A model generated the notes under the pieces. That model worked only from the letters and a program-made list of their open reading frames with translations. It was not told where the DNA came from and ran no database searches. DNA of 64,000 nucleotides, taken from positions 3,123,198 through 3,187,197 of the forward strand of contig JAMWBK010000005.1 in the NCBI GenBank assembly GCA_029953675.1. The letters run 5' to 3'. Origin of the DNA: Rhodosorus marinus CCMP1338. Its lineage: Eukaryota > Plantae > Rhodophyta. A program made the translations under genes and the position numbers. This document shows, piece after piece, positions 1 to 11,030 of the stretch; position 1 is the stretch's first letter, and every line of letters begins with the position of its first letter.

Positions 1-851
1 CACAACCAATATATAGAATTCGTCCATTATTTTTTGTACTGGAGCCAATTCAAGACCTCCAACTTTGACTGGCCTAGAACCCCCCTTTCCCCCCCCCAGG
101 GTGCGAGTAGTTGAAACGGTGGGTGATGTATGATGGTCCAGTTATTTCGTTTGAAAACCCAGCTAGCTCATGGTTTTAGTCCATTTCTCACTTTGATGGG
201 AAGATTTGCCAGGGGTAAGAGATTCCCTTTTGGGATACGAAAAATTCAACGGACTTTAGGGGTGAAACTTTCCTGGAAAGCAGTCGTCAATCGGAAAAGC
301 TGTACTCTTTTTTCAAGAATATGTATCAGTAACTCGACGTGTATTTTATGCCTATGAGGGGTGCGTGGGCTTGGTGTCACTGGACCACACCGTTGAAAGG
401 TCACCCTTAGATAACACTCCAAAAACAATCTCTAAACAATAACTGGAGACCCCGTGCCAGCAAGAAAAACCGTTCCTTTTGGTGAGAGCGTAGATGATGT
501 TCTTTTGTTTATTATATATTCTATGATTTGGAAGGTTTTCGTGTAAGTCGAGCAGACAGACTTTTGTCGGACGTTTTTATTTGTTTGGCATTTGGCAAGC
601 TGAAAACTCCGTAATTGCTTCCGCAATTCGCGAAGAAAAATCATCGCAACTCACTAACTGGCGCAGGGCTCCAATCAAGCCCGCAAACGAGTATATTTGG
701 CCATAGGTTGTTAACCCATACAGCATATAGCAGCTCCTGCGGCATCATAAGAAGGGCATTGCATCAGAAGGGCGTTGCAAGATGAAGGTTGGATTACCTG
801 CATATATGGAGGTGTAGGAGTGAGGGAAGGAAAGACTGAGGGGGTGTTTGG

Positions 852-1163
852 GTGGTGCTGGACGAGCACGCCGGGTGGAAGCTAAGGATGGGAGTGCACT
901 TCCAGACAAGGGCTCTTTGGGTCAGCGGGTTGGTTTTCGTGGTGCTTGGATGGACTTGTTATACGGCGAGTTTGCATTACAGGTGGATGTTCCTGCCGCC
1001 ACTTGCGTTTGCCTTCCTTATTCTTGGGGTACCCCTGCTCTCCGTGGGTCTGAGTGGAATGAACCAGGAAGCTTTGTTTGAGGATGCCGTGGAGCAGCTG
1101 CGGGCGGAGTTTGTTGAGCAGCGGCGGAGCCCTTCAGTCGCGAGAAAACAGTTGAGCGTTTAA
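852..1163 (+). CDS. Possible small two-helix membrane protein or terminal exon (uncertain)
   Basis: 103-codon ORF with two hydrophobic stretches (ALWVSGLVFVVLGW; MFLPPLAFAFLILGVPLL) and a charged tail. Non-ATG start and no recognised homology. Confidence 0.2.
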   Translation: MVLDEHAGWKLRMGVHFQTRALWVSGLVFVVLGWTCYTASLHYRWMFLPPLAFAFLILGVPLLSVGLSGMNQEALFEDAVEQLRAEFVEQRRSPSVARKQLSV

Positions 1164-2882
1164 TTCCAAGTCCGCGACGAACAGCAGAGGTGCTGCGGCT
1201 GTAACACTAGAGTGTCGTTTAATTATGTTTATGTATAGGTTCGCTCTCAATGATGCGCTAAATGTAATAAAAAGGTATTATTGTTTCTGAGAAGTGATGT
1301 TGCGCATGAGAAATGGGCCGAAGAGCATGTTTCAGGTCCTCATACTGTTTCGCTACGGAACCAGGGGCTACCGGGAACCATCAACCGTTCGTCGGTTGCT
1401 GCCTCCCTCACATCGTTAGACTGAGAGCCACGCTGCGCCGTGCAAATGCACACGAATCTGGTGAAGGTTGGGGTTCTATTATGGATCGGCAGGGTGACTG
1501 AGGGGGAGATAGGATGTTTGGCTATACAGCTAAGGCCTTCGTCAACAGAACCACAATGGCGCATCTGTGCTCGATCGGTCGCACAAACTCTCCTACTTGG
1601 AATCGTGCCGTCGCCAATGACATGCTACCCAATCCATATGAATATTTGTTCACTCAAAATGATGTGGTACGCATTCTTGGAATTCCTTGGCCGATAACAT
1701 GCGCGTGGCATTCCACGGCTAACTGCACAGCTCGAACGGGTAAAAACCAAGATAATTTTCACGAGAGGCACATGGATGGTGGAAGTGGCTCTATTTTGAT
1801 TTTGGGGTAATGCTGGGAGAAGCATTGAGCTCCACTTGACGCACCAGAAAGCAGACGGGTTTTGAAAGATTTAGAACATCTGGTCCTTCGAATGGACCTC
1901 GGCTAAAACGAACCCAGCCGCTGGGCGGAGATAGTTCAGTCGGGAAGGTCTTACCACGAGAGCTTAATCGCAACGCCCCTATGAAGTTGGTAGCTTCTCG
2001 CGGTTGGAATCGTATGCATCATCGTGACCGCTTCCGATCAATGGCAGGAGCTGGATTTACGGTCTGCCCATGATCTCCACTCGATCGGACAAAGAAAGCT
2101 CAGTGGCAACGCGAGACCATCGGTGGGTGTAGCAAACTGGGTGGACCCCTTATTCTGGTCTTGCAGAATTGGCTGACACCAAGGTGCGCCAATTGCTGAT
2201 AGTCTGTCTGTATCCTCGCGGGTTAAAACATTTCTATCAATGGTCGTACCATGGCTGGAGTTCTGCATATTTAGCACGGGAAACCAGTTTTGCGATTTGA
2301 ACGGCCTCGGCACGTGACTCCGCAAATGGAGGTTGACGGGCACAAGTCTACTGCGGCAATTGCAATCCTCAGGCCGATCACGTCATCATGGATTCGCGAG
2401 CACGAGTAGTAACTTGCCCTCGACGGCGGTTTCGTCGTTGCCAAAACAAGCACTTCCGCAGGCGTTATCATGCGGAGACCACTCTCCTCATGGATATACA
2501 GCAGTCCATGGTAAATGCTGGAAACATTTTACACCAGTGTGAAACTGATGGGAAGAGAACGAGACATACCCCAAATTCTTCCGAATTGCAGTGATCGGGA
2601 GGGTTATTTCAGGGACATCTGCTCGAAGGAGAGGACCAACTCCCTAAACAGTTTGTATTTATCTAGCAAAGATCCGGTCGACCTTGAGTGCTTTTCCCGC
2701 GCAATATACCCCGCACCACAAACAAACAAAGGTTCTGTCCTGACCTATTCTGATGCGACTCGAATCTTGACGTCCTTCCACAATAGCCATCGCTCGGTTT
2801 CAATATTGACGCGAACGATGTAGTCACCAGGGAAGGGATAAGTTATGGTTATGGAGCTCTTACGTCGCGAAGTGCTTATGAC

Positions 2883-2892
2883 GTCTGGGGTT
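2883..2892 (+). repeat. Telomere-like 10-mer GTCTGGGGTT at the 5' junction of the interstitial TelCRE-1 copy
   Basis: Exact 10-nt match to the terminal 16-mer repeat; the same 10-mer recurs at 3903-3912. Confidence 0.75.
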
Positions 2893-3892
2893 AACAACCG
2901 CGAGAAACATCTCTTCGAAGCGCCCCGGGCGAGACTGCAGCTTGGAATAATGGTTCAATACAACAAACCCTCTCTCGAGAAGCACACCATTGCGCATTCC
3001 AAAAGCTGGTCACCAACCCACGAATCTCCCCTGAAAACCGAGCTCGAATACGGTCTGCCGCGGGATCCGGGTCGGGAGTCTGGCTACGTGAAATACCAAC
3101 GCTGACACCGAAAAAATTGAGTGCGGTTGAGATGCAGGTAAACGTTCGACAACTGCTGGGTCTGCCAATTCCGGGATTGCGGACCACCGAGAAGTGCACT
3201 AGTTGCCGGAGTAAACACGGAAGGACTGGGGTACAACGGTTTCATCACTGCCCAACATCAACTGGACTGTGGCAACGTAGGCATGACGAAATCTGCAGAG
3301 AGCTGGCACGGTGGCTAAGGCGATGGAACTTCATGGACGTAGAGCAAGAACCTGAGGGGTACTTCGAGAACTACGGACTGCGACCTGATATCGTTGCTAG
3401 GCATCCGAGGACCAAACAAAGGTATGCGCTGGATGTGACGGTGGTGTCACCATTACAGGGAAAATATTTGCGGCGGAGCCAAGATGATAGCGGATACGCG
3501 GCGAGAGCTGCGGAGAAGTGGAAAATCGCTCACTACAAAGAAGCGATGGTGATCGAGAAACCGGATGATAAGTTCATCCCGATAGCAATAGAGACGTTTG
3601 GGCGTACGGGGCAAATGGCACAGGAGTTCCTCCGGGACAGCTGCAAGCACTTACTGCACAGGAGTGAGGAGCTGAGAGACGTGAGATCCCAGATCAACCG
3701 GCAACTATGGCGAGGTAACGCAGAGATAGCATTAGGCGCTTTGCGCGTGGACCAGCTGGAGAATCCGCTGGTACCTGTTTTTTCTTTTGAACGTAGCATG
3801 AGACCCCGGTAGCGGGGTTCCAGTAAGTTTTTCCCTAGATAGGATTAGACGTAGTGTTGCGCTGCAGTAGGCAGCTGCCCAGTAAAGCTTAC
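2893..3892 (+). mobile_element. TelCRE-1, 5'-truncated interstitial copy (end of ORF2 plus 3' UTR)
   Basis: 2893-3137 matches 57248-57492 of the telomeric TelCRE-1. It encodes a CCHC-type finger and REL endonuclease and ends ...CCCAGTAAAGCTTAC followed by GGTTACGTTAGTCTGGGGTT. Confidence 0.92.
2895..3812 (+). CDS. TelCRE-1 ORF2 C-terminal fragment: Zn finger plus restriction-like endonuclease (REL)
   Basis: Open frame containing CTSC..HHC, RHDEI, RPDI, DVTVVSP, AEKWK..HY and FIPIAIETFG, the hallmark motifs of R2/CRE-type REL domains. Confidence 0.88.
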   Translation, partial: QPRETSLRSAPGETAAWNNGSIQQTLSREAHHCAFQKLVTNPRISPENRARIRSAAGSGSGVWLREIPTLTPKKLSAVEMQVNVRQLLGLPIPGLRTTEKCTSCRSKHGRTGVQRFHHCPTSTGLWQRRHDEICRELARWLRRWNFMDVEQEPEGYFENYGLRPDIVARHPRTKQRYALDVTVVSPLQGKYLRRSQDDSGYAARAAEKWKIAHYKEAMVIEKPDDKFIPIAIETFGRTGQMAQEFLRDSCKHLLHRSEELRDVRSQINRQLWRGNAEIALGALRVDQLENPLVPVFSFERSMRPR

Positions 3893-3912
3893 GGTTACGT
3901 TAGTCTGGGGTT
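3893..3912 (+). repeat. Interstitial telomeric repeat (1.25 units)
   Basis: GGTTACGTTAGTCTGGGGTT, identical to the terminal array. Confidence 0.9.
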
Positions 3913-4618
3913 GGTCCATATACCTCGGAAATTCGCTGCGTCAACACGTACTGGTATAAAAGTTTCCCAGCAGTAACTAACACGTTCGCCTTGTATGCTG
4001 GACCCTGTAGCCTCAACTGTGACCCGGGAGCCTGGGGTCGTGCTCAACTTGTTCTCCATTACGGCTAGTTCTAGTCGTAGAGGATTTGGGGCTCGCTCTT
4101 TTGGGTGATTTGGTGGAATATTATCCTTGTTCCATTCTCTCCAGTCCTTGAGCATCCTTGCTGTCTTAATCGGATAAACGTCTGTGCGACATTCGTCTTC
4201 TCCCCAACATCGGTCTGCAAGTCGGATAAATGCTTTATTTGACGAATTGACCAGTGGTTAGACCGTCCAGACTTCAGTCCAGATTCATCAATTTGTTCTT
4301 TGATTTTGTTTTTGGAGGAATCGGGGTAGAGTCTAGCGGGTTGTCCCCATCTCTCGTGACTGCGAGTTTCCAACGGCCCCAACATGTTTTTAATTCTTGC
4401 CCTATGGGTGTGTTGTTTTTGTTTATAAAATAGACTATTTTGACGTGCACTCGTATTATGGAGAGAACTCATCCATATAATGAATTATTCAACTAAACTT
4501 CACGATACCATATACCTAGACCTACCTAATTCTGAAAAGCTTGGAGGAGAAATCTGAGGAGAAAAGGTAGGGGGACAAGTTTTGAGGAGAAATTCACCGA
4601 AGATACACTTCCCCTATA

Positions 4619-4650
4619 GGTAGTTAGTCTCTGAATAAACGGATGATGAT
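4619..4650 (+). mobile_element. CRE-C 3' terminus remnant with (GAT)n tail
   Basis: GGTAGTTAGTCTCTGAATAAACGGATGATGAT matches the CRE-C end at 38342-38373. Confidence 0.7.
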
Positions 4651-4917
4651 TGTTGGAATTTTCAAGGATTCGTGACCTTGACCTCAGTTTCATCCTCCAA
4701 ACTTCGGTACCTTCTTTATTGTTCCACTGACTAATGGGCCGATATATTCCATTTAAGTACTCTAGTATACTGTGAAGATGATCGATATCTTGTACTGTTC
4801 AAACTGTTTCCTCCATTTGAAACCGTAACGGTATGATTCCGCATCCACCCATCGTATGCCATGTGCGTATCGGTCTTACCGTATGTATCACGATGTGTGA
4901 ATGCCCTTCTACGAACA
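4651..4917 (-). repeat. Copia-1 3' LTR (267 bp, TG...CA)
   Basis: TGTTGGAA...ACGAACA, abutting the polypurine tract; the first 123 bp recur at 8788-8910. Confidence 0.9.
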
Positions 4918-4930
4918 CTCCCCCTCGCTC

Positions 4931-6578
4931 TCATGTACCACAGTAGAGAGTCGATCTACAATACCCAGCCCGGACCTCAATATCTCCGTCCTCTCCTTCA
5001 TCAGAGGCTTGGTGAGCAACCATCTCGTCGGTGCTGAGGTACTTCAGCTGTACCTCTTCGGACGCACACCTCTCGCGTGCGTACTGAAGTTTGACAGATA
5101 CGTGGCGCGACATCCTGCTATCCCCGGATGTCGCCCACCGCAGAGACGACGTGTTGTCCGTGTATGCAACTAAGGGCATACTAACGTCCTTGCCAGTCTC
5201 GACGATGAACTCCTGTACCCACCTCTGGGTCGTCATCATGTCCCCCAGCGCCTGGTACTCCGCTTCCGCCGTCGATTGGGCCACCGACCGTTGCTTCCAT
5301 GATCGGTAAGCCACTGGCGCTCCATCGACTGTCACCAACAAACCTGAAGTACTCCTACTGTCTTCGTGACTGGCCCATCTCGCATCAGAGTATCCGGTTA
5401 CTTGATATCTGATTTGCCTCTGCTCACCATCGTCTGAGGAGTTACCAATAGCTGGATCCGTTTTTGATTTACCACCCAATTTCATTACTTTTCCCTGCGT
5501 TCCCGCCAAATATCGCAGGGGCTGCCGCGCCTTTTCGAAATCTCCGAGTCGATAATCTGCCGTTTTTTGCGCGATCAAGCCGACTGCATAACTTATATCA
5601 GGTCGCGTTCTAGTGCTTAAGTAGAGGAGAGATCCAGTTAGCTCCTGAAACGGTGATGAGGTCATTTCCATCGAAGTCTCTTTCGTAGAGGGTGCGATGG
5701 AAATTGGTGTGGGTAACGGGGGACATCCCTTCAAACCGTACGCGAGGGTAAGTGTGCGAATATAATCTGCCTGCGAGAGGTAGATTTCTGTTTTCCTCCG
5801 GTCTCGCACTATTCTCACACCGAGGAAATCTCGTGCCGCTCCTAGATGTTTGATGTCGTAAAGGTTTGACAACACGTTCTTCGTTATCTCAACGCCAACC
5901 CGGCTCCCAACGATAAGCATATCATCTACGTAGACCGCGATGATGCACTTCTCCTTCCGGTACACGCAGCTTTCTGTTCTCAGCTGCTGAAAACCTTGCG
6001 CAAGGAAATCGTTGCTTAGTTTCCGGTGCCACTCTCTTCCCGCTTGTTTTAGGCCGTACAAGCTCTTCCGTAGGCGCGAGACGTGCTCCGCCTTTCCCGG
6101 TTCCTCCATGCCGCGGGGCTGCATCATGTAGATCTCTTCCTGCAGGCTCGCATTCAGGTACGCAGTCTTCACATCAGCTTGCTCCACTTCGAGAGCTTCC
6201 ATCGCTGCTATGGTCAGGAGTACTCGAACGTTGGCGAACTCCACCTTTGGCGCGAAGACCTCCTCGTAGTCAATGCCATGTCTCTGGGCAAATCCTTGAG
6301 CTACGAGTCGCGCGTTGAACCGTTGAACTGATCCATCTGCATTTTTCTTGACTTTTTAGGATAAGTCGTGACCCAAGAACCTGGCTCCGAGGGACAAGTT
6401 CCCATGTCCGGTTCGCCGGTAACGATCCGAGCTCTTCGGCAGCAGCTCGTCTCCAGTCTTCAGCGTAAGCGCCGTTGATCGCTTCATTCCAGGACTCCGG
6501 GCTCGGTACGTCGTACAAGTAGTCCCCCTTCTGCAGGAGGTTCACTGAAACCTCCCTTCCTCGGGGTCTTGAAGTCAT
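4931..6578 (-). pseudogene. pol: Copia-1 reverse transcriptase / RNase H (frameshifted)
   Basis: DVKTAYLN, LYGLKQAGREW, VYVDDML, GYSDA.WA, RSTSG and STAEAEY motifs. Confidence 0.93.
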
Positions 6579-6618
6579 TCGTTTTTGCAGATTAATTTCT
6601 TTCGCCGGGAAGACGTCT

Positions 6619-8775
6619 TCAGAAACGCGCCTGATCGCGATTATAGGACCTGTCAGTTGTCGGATCCCAGATCCTCGCCACTTGTGAGTCCGCTACGAAC
6701 ATGAGGATTCCTGTACTGGACCTGCTATCCAGTTTACCCTGTTTCCCCGGTTCGTACCGCTTGTATGTGATCTCACACCCAAACGGATATGCGTTTCCCA
6801 GATCCATCTTGCTGCCCCTAACCGTCTCCTCTGGACATTTCCCTTTCAGGAACTTCTGTGGGGTTCGGTTGATGTTGGCGACGACTACCTTTAGTGCTTC
6901 CGGCCACATGTCGTCTGTCACTCCGCTGTCGAACATGGTGGCACGCAGAATTTCTGAGACTTTTCTCACCATTCGCTCCGCTATCCCGTTGCTGGAGGGA
7001 GTATACGGGGCGCTCGGGTCCCGCGTGATACCCAGGTCACGTAGTAGGGGTTTCATGCTACTATGCTCAAGTGCGTTGTCACTTTTGAGTCTTTTTACAT
7101 TTGCCCCATGTTGCGCTTTCATTACCATGACATGCTCCCTAAAGGCTTCATCAATGAGACTTCTGTGTTCAAGGGCATGCGCTCCCAGCATCCCTGTTGC
7201 CTCATCCACGAAGACTCCTATATCTTTCTCTCCATGTCTTCCTGCACGGAACGGTCCGGCGATGTCAGTATGTATGCACTCGCCGAACGTCTCTGCCTTC
7301 CTGAGAGGTCCACTTCCACCCATCGCGGTCATCTTTGCTTTCTCGCAGCTGGAGCATTCGAACTTGTCAGGTACTTTGTCGCCCATGCGGATAACACCGT
7401 CCTTTTCTAGTTGTTTCACAGCTCCAGCACCCGGATGTACGAGCCTCCTGTGCCATCCCATGGCATCCGTATCTTCGTTGCTACGTACTACTGCTACCGC
7501 TGCTGTTTGTGTTCTGCTATTGCCGCTAATCTCCAAGTCAGTATAAAGGAGACCAGACTTTGCAATAGCTTTAATCACTTCCCTCCCATCCTTTTCTACG
7601 ACTAATGTCTTTCCCTCTAAAGATCTAATGGAGAAACCGTTTTCCATCAATCTACTTAGACTGACTACATTCAATGAGCCGCCTGGAAGGTAGATAGTGT
7701 CCTTCAGCGACAATATATCTCCTTTTCGCGTCCTTAGCTCGACCGTACCCATCTTGCCGAGGGTCTTCGTTGTCCCGTCCCCGAATATGATGTCAGTGTC
7801 AACCGTCCTTGTGGGGCCCGAGAATGCACTCTCAGAGGTGCATATATGGTCCGTTGCTCCAGAGTCCAGCACGAACCTTGCTGGAGCTCTGACCGCCGTC
7901 ATTCCTGCGTGGAATCTTCGCGTTTCCGGCCTGGTTTCCTCCTTGTCCTGCTCCTCAGGACAGTTGGCTACGGCGTGTCCGGGTTTCTTGCACCCATAAC
8001 ACAGAAATCCCCTGGGGATCTTCCTCTTCTTCTTCTTCTGCACCGTTGTGACGTGGTTCGTGCTGGAATCCGTTTTGGACTTGATTTGTTTGGACCCTCG
8101 AAGTCGGTCCAGCTCCTCAAAGTCGTTACAGAAACCTGTCCAGACTGGACTTTTGTCCTTCGCGGCGCAGAACAGGAACTCCGCGTACTCGTCGCCCCTC
8201 TCCTCCAAAATCTTCCGGATGACAAGACGTTTTTCTTCATCTGTGGGCGCCACGCCCGTTGTCTCCCTGATCTCTGCAAACTGGGTTTGTAGCCAGTTCA
8301 CCAGAGAGCGTGGCGACTAGTTGGTGTGCATCTCGCGCCGATACACCTTGCCCCACACGCTGTCCGCCGTCTCGCGGGAGGAGGGCTCATATCTAGCCCG
8401 AAGCGCCGCCCATACCTGCTCTGGCGCTGCCTCTCTCGAAGAGGCAAACGCAGTGTCCAGCGCCGGCCCATCCAGCACTCTGGAGAACACCGCAGAGATA
8501 TACTGTCTCTCCGCTTCCGTCGCGTCTATCGGGTTGTCGATTACATCCCTAAGATCTTTGACGGTCAGGTAGCACTCTACCTGGTGTCTCCAATTCCGGA
8601 AGGATCGGAACGAATCCTGATCCCCGGTGAACACTGACGGTAGCGCGAAATCCTTCAAGCGCGCGTCATGTTCTGCAACACTTCCCCTCGTCCTCGCCGC
8701 CATTCTGAGGCAACACCACGCACAATCCCTATTCCCGTAAAAAAGCACCAAGCAGCTCTTACAAAATCGCACCAA
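6619..8775 (-). pseudogene. gag-pol: Copia-1 gag-protease-integrase (in-frame TAG at 8317-8319)
   Basis: CYGCKKPGHAVANC knuckle, LDSGATDHI protease, WHRRLVHPG/CSSC and HTDIAGP...SDN...NGIAER integrase. ORFs 8317-8775 and 6619-8301 are in the same frame. Confidence 0.92.
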
Positions 8776-8787
8776 GCGATGAGACTA
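8776..8787 (-). other. Copia-1 primer-binding site TAGTCTCATCGC
   Basis: Directly internal to the 5' LTR; 11/12 identical to the Gypsy PBS at 25002-25013. Confidence 0.75.
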
Positions 8788-8910
8788 TGTTGGAATTTTC
8801 AAGGATTCGTGACCTTGACCTCAGTTTCATCCTCCAAACTTCGGTACCTTCTTTATTGTTCCACTGACTAATGTGCCGATATATTCCACTTAAGTACTCT
8901 AATATACTGT
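8788..8910 (-). repeat. Copia-1 5' LTR, truncated
   Basis: Near-identical to 4651-4773 and ends where CRE-D begins. Confidence 0.88.
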
Positions 8911-8919
8911 AAGAAAAAA

Positions 8920-11030
8920 ATAGGGGTGGGATTTTCCGGGGGTTGCGAACTAATCACCCATACGATCGAGCTCGAGCGAGCCAGTAGGCCTGATTGGGTC
9001 GTTTTGGTAGTTGAATTCCGTAACGCGTTGAACAGCGTCTCGCGGACGCATGCTTTGGAGGTGATTCGCAGGTTATTCCCGGAGGCGTGGCCGTTCCTAT
9101 CCGGTATTTACGGAGGGGGGAGCCTCCCTTACTTGACAGCGCAGGGCTCTGTTTTTGCAGCACGTACTGGCGTTCAACAGGGTGATCCTTGTGGGCCGGT
9201 ACTTCACGCCTGTGCCTACCATGACGACGTGACGTTGCTGGGCACTCCTGAGCACATGGCTCGGGGACTGACCCAGATCGAAGCAATCGCGCGTGGAGTA
9301 GATCTAACCGTGGAACCCGAAAAATGCCGTTTTCTCGGCCCGCGTGAAGTTTCGAGGGGCTCCCTGCCACCTAGTCTCCGGGCCCTTGGTGAACATGCGG
9401 GGCTCGAGCACCATGGCGTCGGTTTCGGGAGTGACAACTTTGTCCAAGACTCTTGCGAACAAGTTTTAGCGCGCCATAAGCAGCTCACCGAGGCCATTGA
9501 GCGCCTACCGGATAGCATGCTCCAATCGGCCTGCCTGCTCTCCCGCTTTTGTGCCTGCCCCCGACTGAATTACTGGCTGCGAAGCCTTCCACCGCACTGG
9601 GGCTCGTGGATGGCAGCCAAGGCGGACGAGGCGACGCTGAAGCACTGGGGAACGCTCCTGGATGAACCCCTGGATGTGGAAGCGGCTCCTGACAGGGACC
9701 TAATTCGTGGCCAGATTGCCCTACCTTTGCGATTAGGCGGATTTGGAGTGGCCGACCGTGGACTCGTATGCTCGGCAGCGGCGGTCGCCTCCTGGGCTAC
9801 CGCGCTTCGCACCTTGGTGAGTTTTCGGATGCGAAGTGCTTGCCTTTTGGATAGAGCACTGACTAGCGAAGACCCCGTGACCCTTCCGCCGCCGCTTTTG
9901 AGTATCTATGATGCTCTGCAACAGGCGTTCAGCAAGCGCAACGCCGTGCCGGACGAGAGCCGATCCAGATTTCCCTCCTGGAAGGAGCTGTTATGGGGAC
10001 GAACTGAGGCGCTCGAGGACTCTCCCATCGACAGAGTACTCGCCGACGAGGGGGAAGCTAGCCCCGGGTCACCGGTTGCCGATTATCCGGGTCTGAGCCG
10101 ATTGTGGAGCTCGCGCACTGATGTGATACAACATAGCCTCACCTGGGGCCAACACAGTGCCGCTCACGCAATCTTGCTCAACTCTCCACTCACGCCGCCT
10201 AACACCGCCGCTCGCCTCCGCCGTATGGGAGGCCATCTTTCACATTCGTGGTTAACGACCCTGCCGTCATCACTGGGTCACCGTCTGGATGCCTTCCAGT
10301 TTCGCTCTGCCGCACGGATTTACCTGGGTTTGCCACAAGCTCCGCGGCACTCTAATCGGCCGTCTTTCTGTCAGGGATGTGAGAGTCGGATCGATGCTTG
10401 TGGTTACCATTTCTTAGGTTCATGCGAACTGTTGAGAGGTCTTCGTACGAGGCGTCACACTCGCTTCAAGTACATTCTCAGCGAATGTCTGACTCGGGTA
10501 GGGCATACGGTTGAGGTGGAATCGGAACTACCCAGATCGGTCTCGGACAGGGCACCGCCCCGCTGTATCGCAGATCTCCTCGTCTCCGATGCTGCCGCCA
10601 GACGTTCAGCATATGTTGACCTCGCGATTACATGCCCTATGGCAAGCGCCCTTCTCACGGCTGCCGCCCGCGGCCGGGGAGCAGCTGCTTCGGCCCTTCG
10701 CCGCGTGAAGGAACGACGGTATGCTGAGAGTATGGCCAGCCTGCCTCGCGCTGAGGGTCGCTCCCACCGGTTCCAGCCTTTCATTGTGGAAAGCTTTGCT
10801 CACGTGGAGAAGTCGGGTTTGGAGTGGTTGCGGAAATGTTTCACTGAGCATCCTGTTGAATACTTGGAATTTTTGCGGCGCTTAAGTGTCTCTCTGTGGC
10901 GATATTCGAGCAGCATGCTTGCCGAGGCGCGCCATCGGCGCCTGGGTTTGCACGCTTCCCTACCTAGTTCTTAGTTCCTTTTCGCGGTTTGCGTAGCGTT
11001 GTAGGCTATGCTAATAAAGCCAGTAAAGCC
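8920..11030 (+). mobile_element. CRE-D non-LTR retrotransposon, 5'-truncated copy 1 (RT plus REL; ORF 8926-10974)
   Basis: RTGVQQGDPCGP, YHDD, LPLRLGGFG, CQGC..YHFLGSC, RHTR, ADL..D and FQPFIVESF motifs. 3' hairpin GCGTAGC/GCTATGC followed by AATAAAG/AGTAAAG repeats. Confidence 0.9.

Larger units (their letters stand above)
2560..4155 (-). pseudogene. Possible decayed host coding region (PKD/Ig-like motifs) interrupted by the TelCRE-1 insertion
   Basis: Right of the insertion the minus strand reads VTVEATGSSIQGERVSYCWE; left of it, ITITYPFPGDYIVRVNIE. These resemble the two halves of a PKD-type domain. A frameshift and stops are needed to join them. Confidence 0.2.
4651..8910 (-). mobile_element. 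Ty1/Copia LTR retrotransposon (Copia-1), decayed
   Basis: Domain order gag-PR-IN-RT-RH on the minus strand, with two LTR copies, a PBS at 8776-8787 and a PPT at 4918-4932. Several stops and frameshifts. Confidence 0.95.

Noticed and set aside
6701-7546. Long antisense ORFs over Copia-1, Gypsy (25742-26446) and CRE-C (37488-38117)
   Set aside because: They are shadow frames of GC-rich retroelement genes or tandem repeats, with no motifs of their own.
8317-8319. Programmed stop read-through in Copia-1 gag
   Set aside because: The stop lies mid-capsid rather than at the gag/pol boundary, and the element has other disablements, so it is most simply a nonsense mutation.
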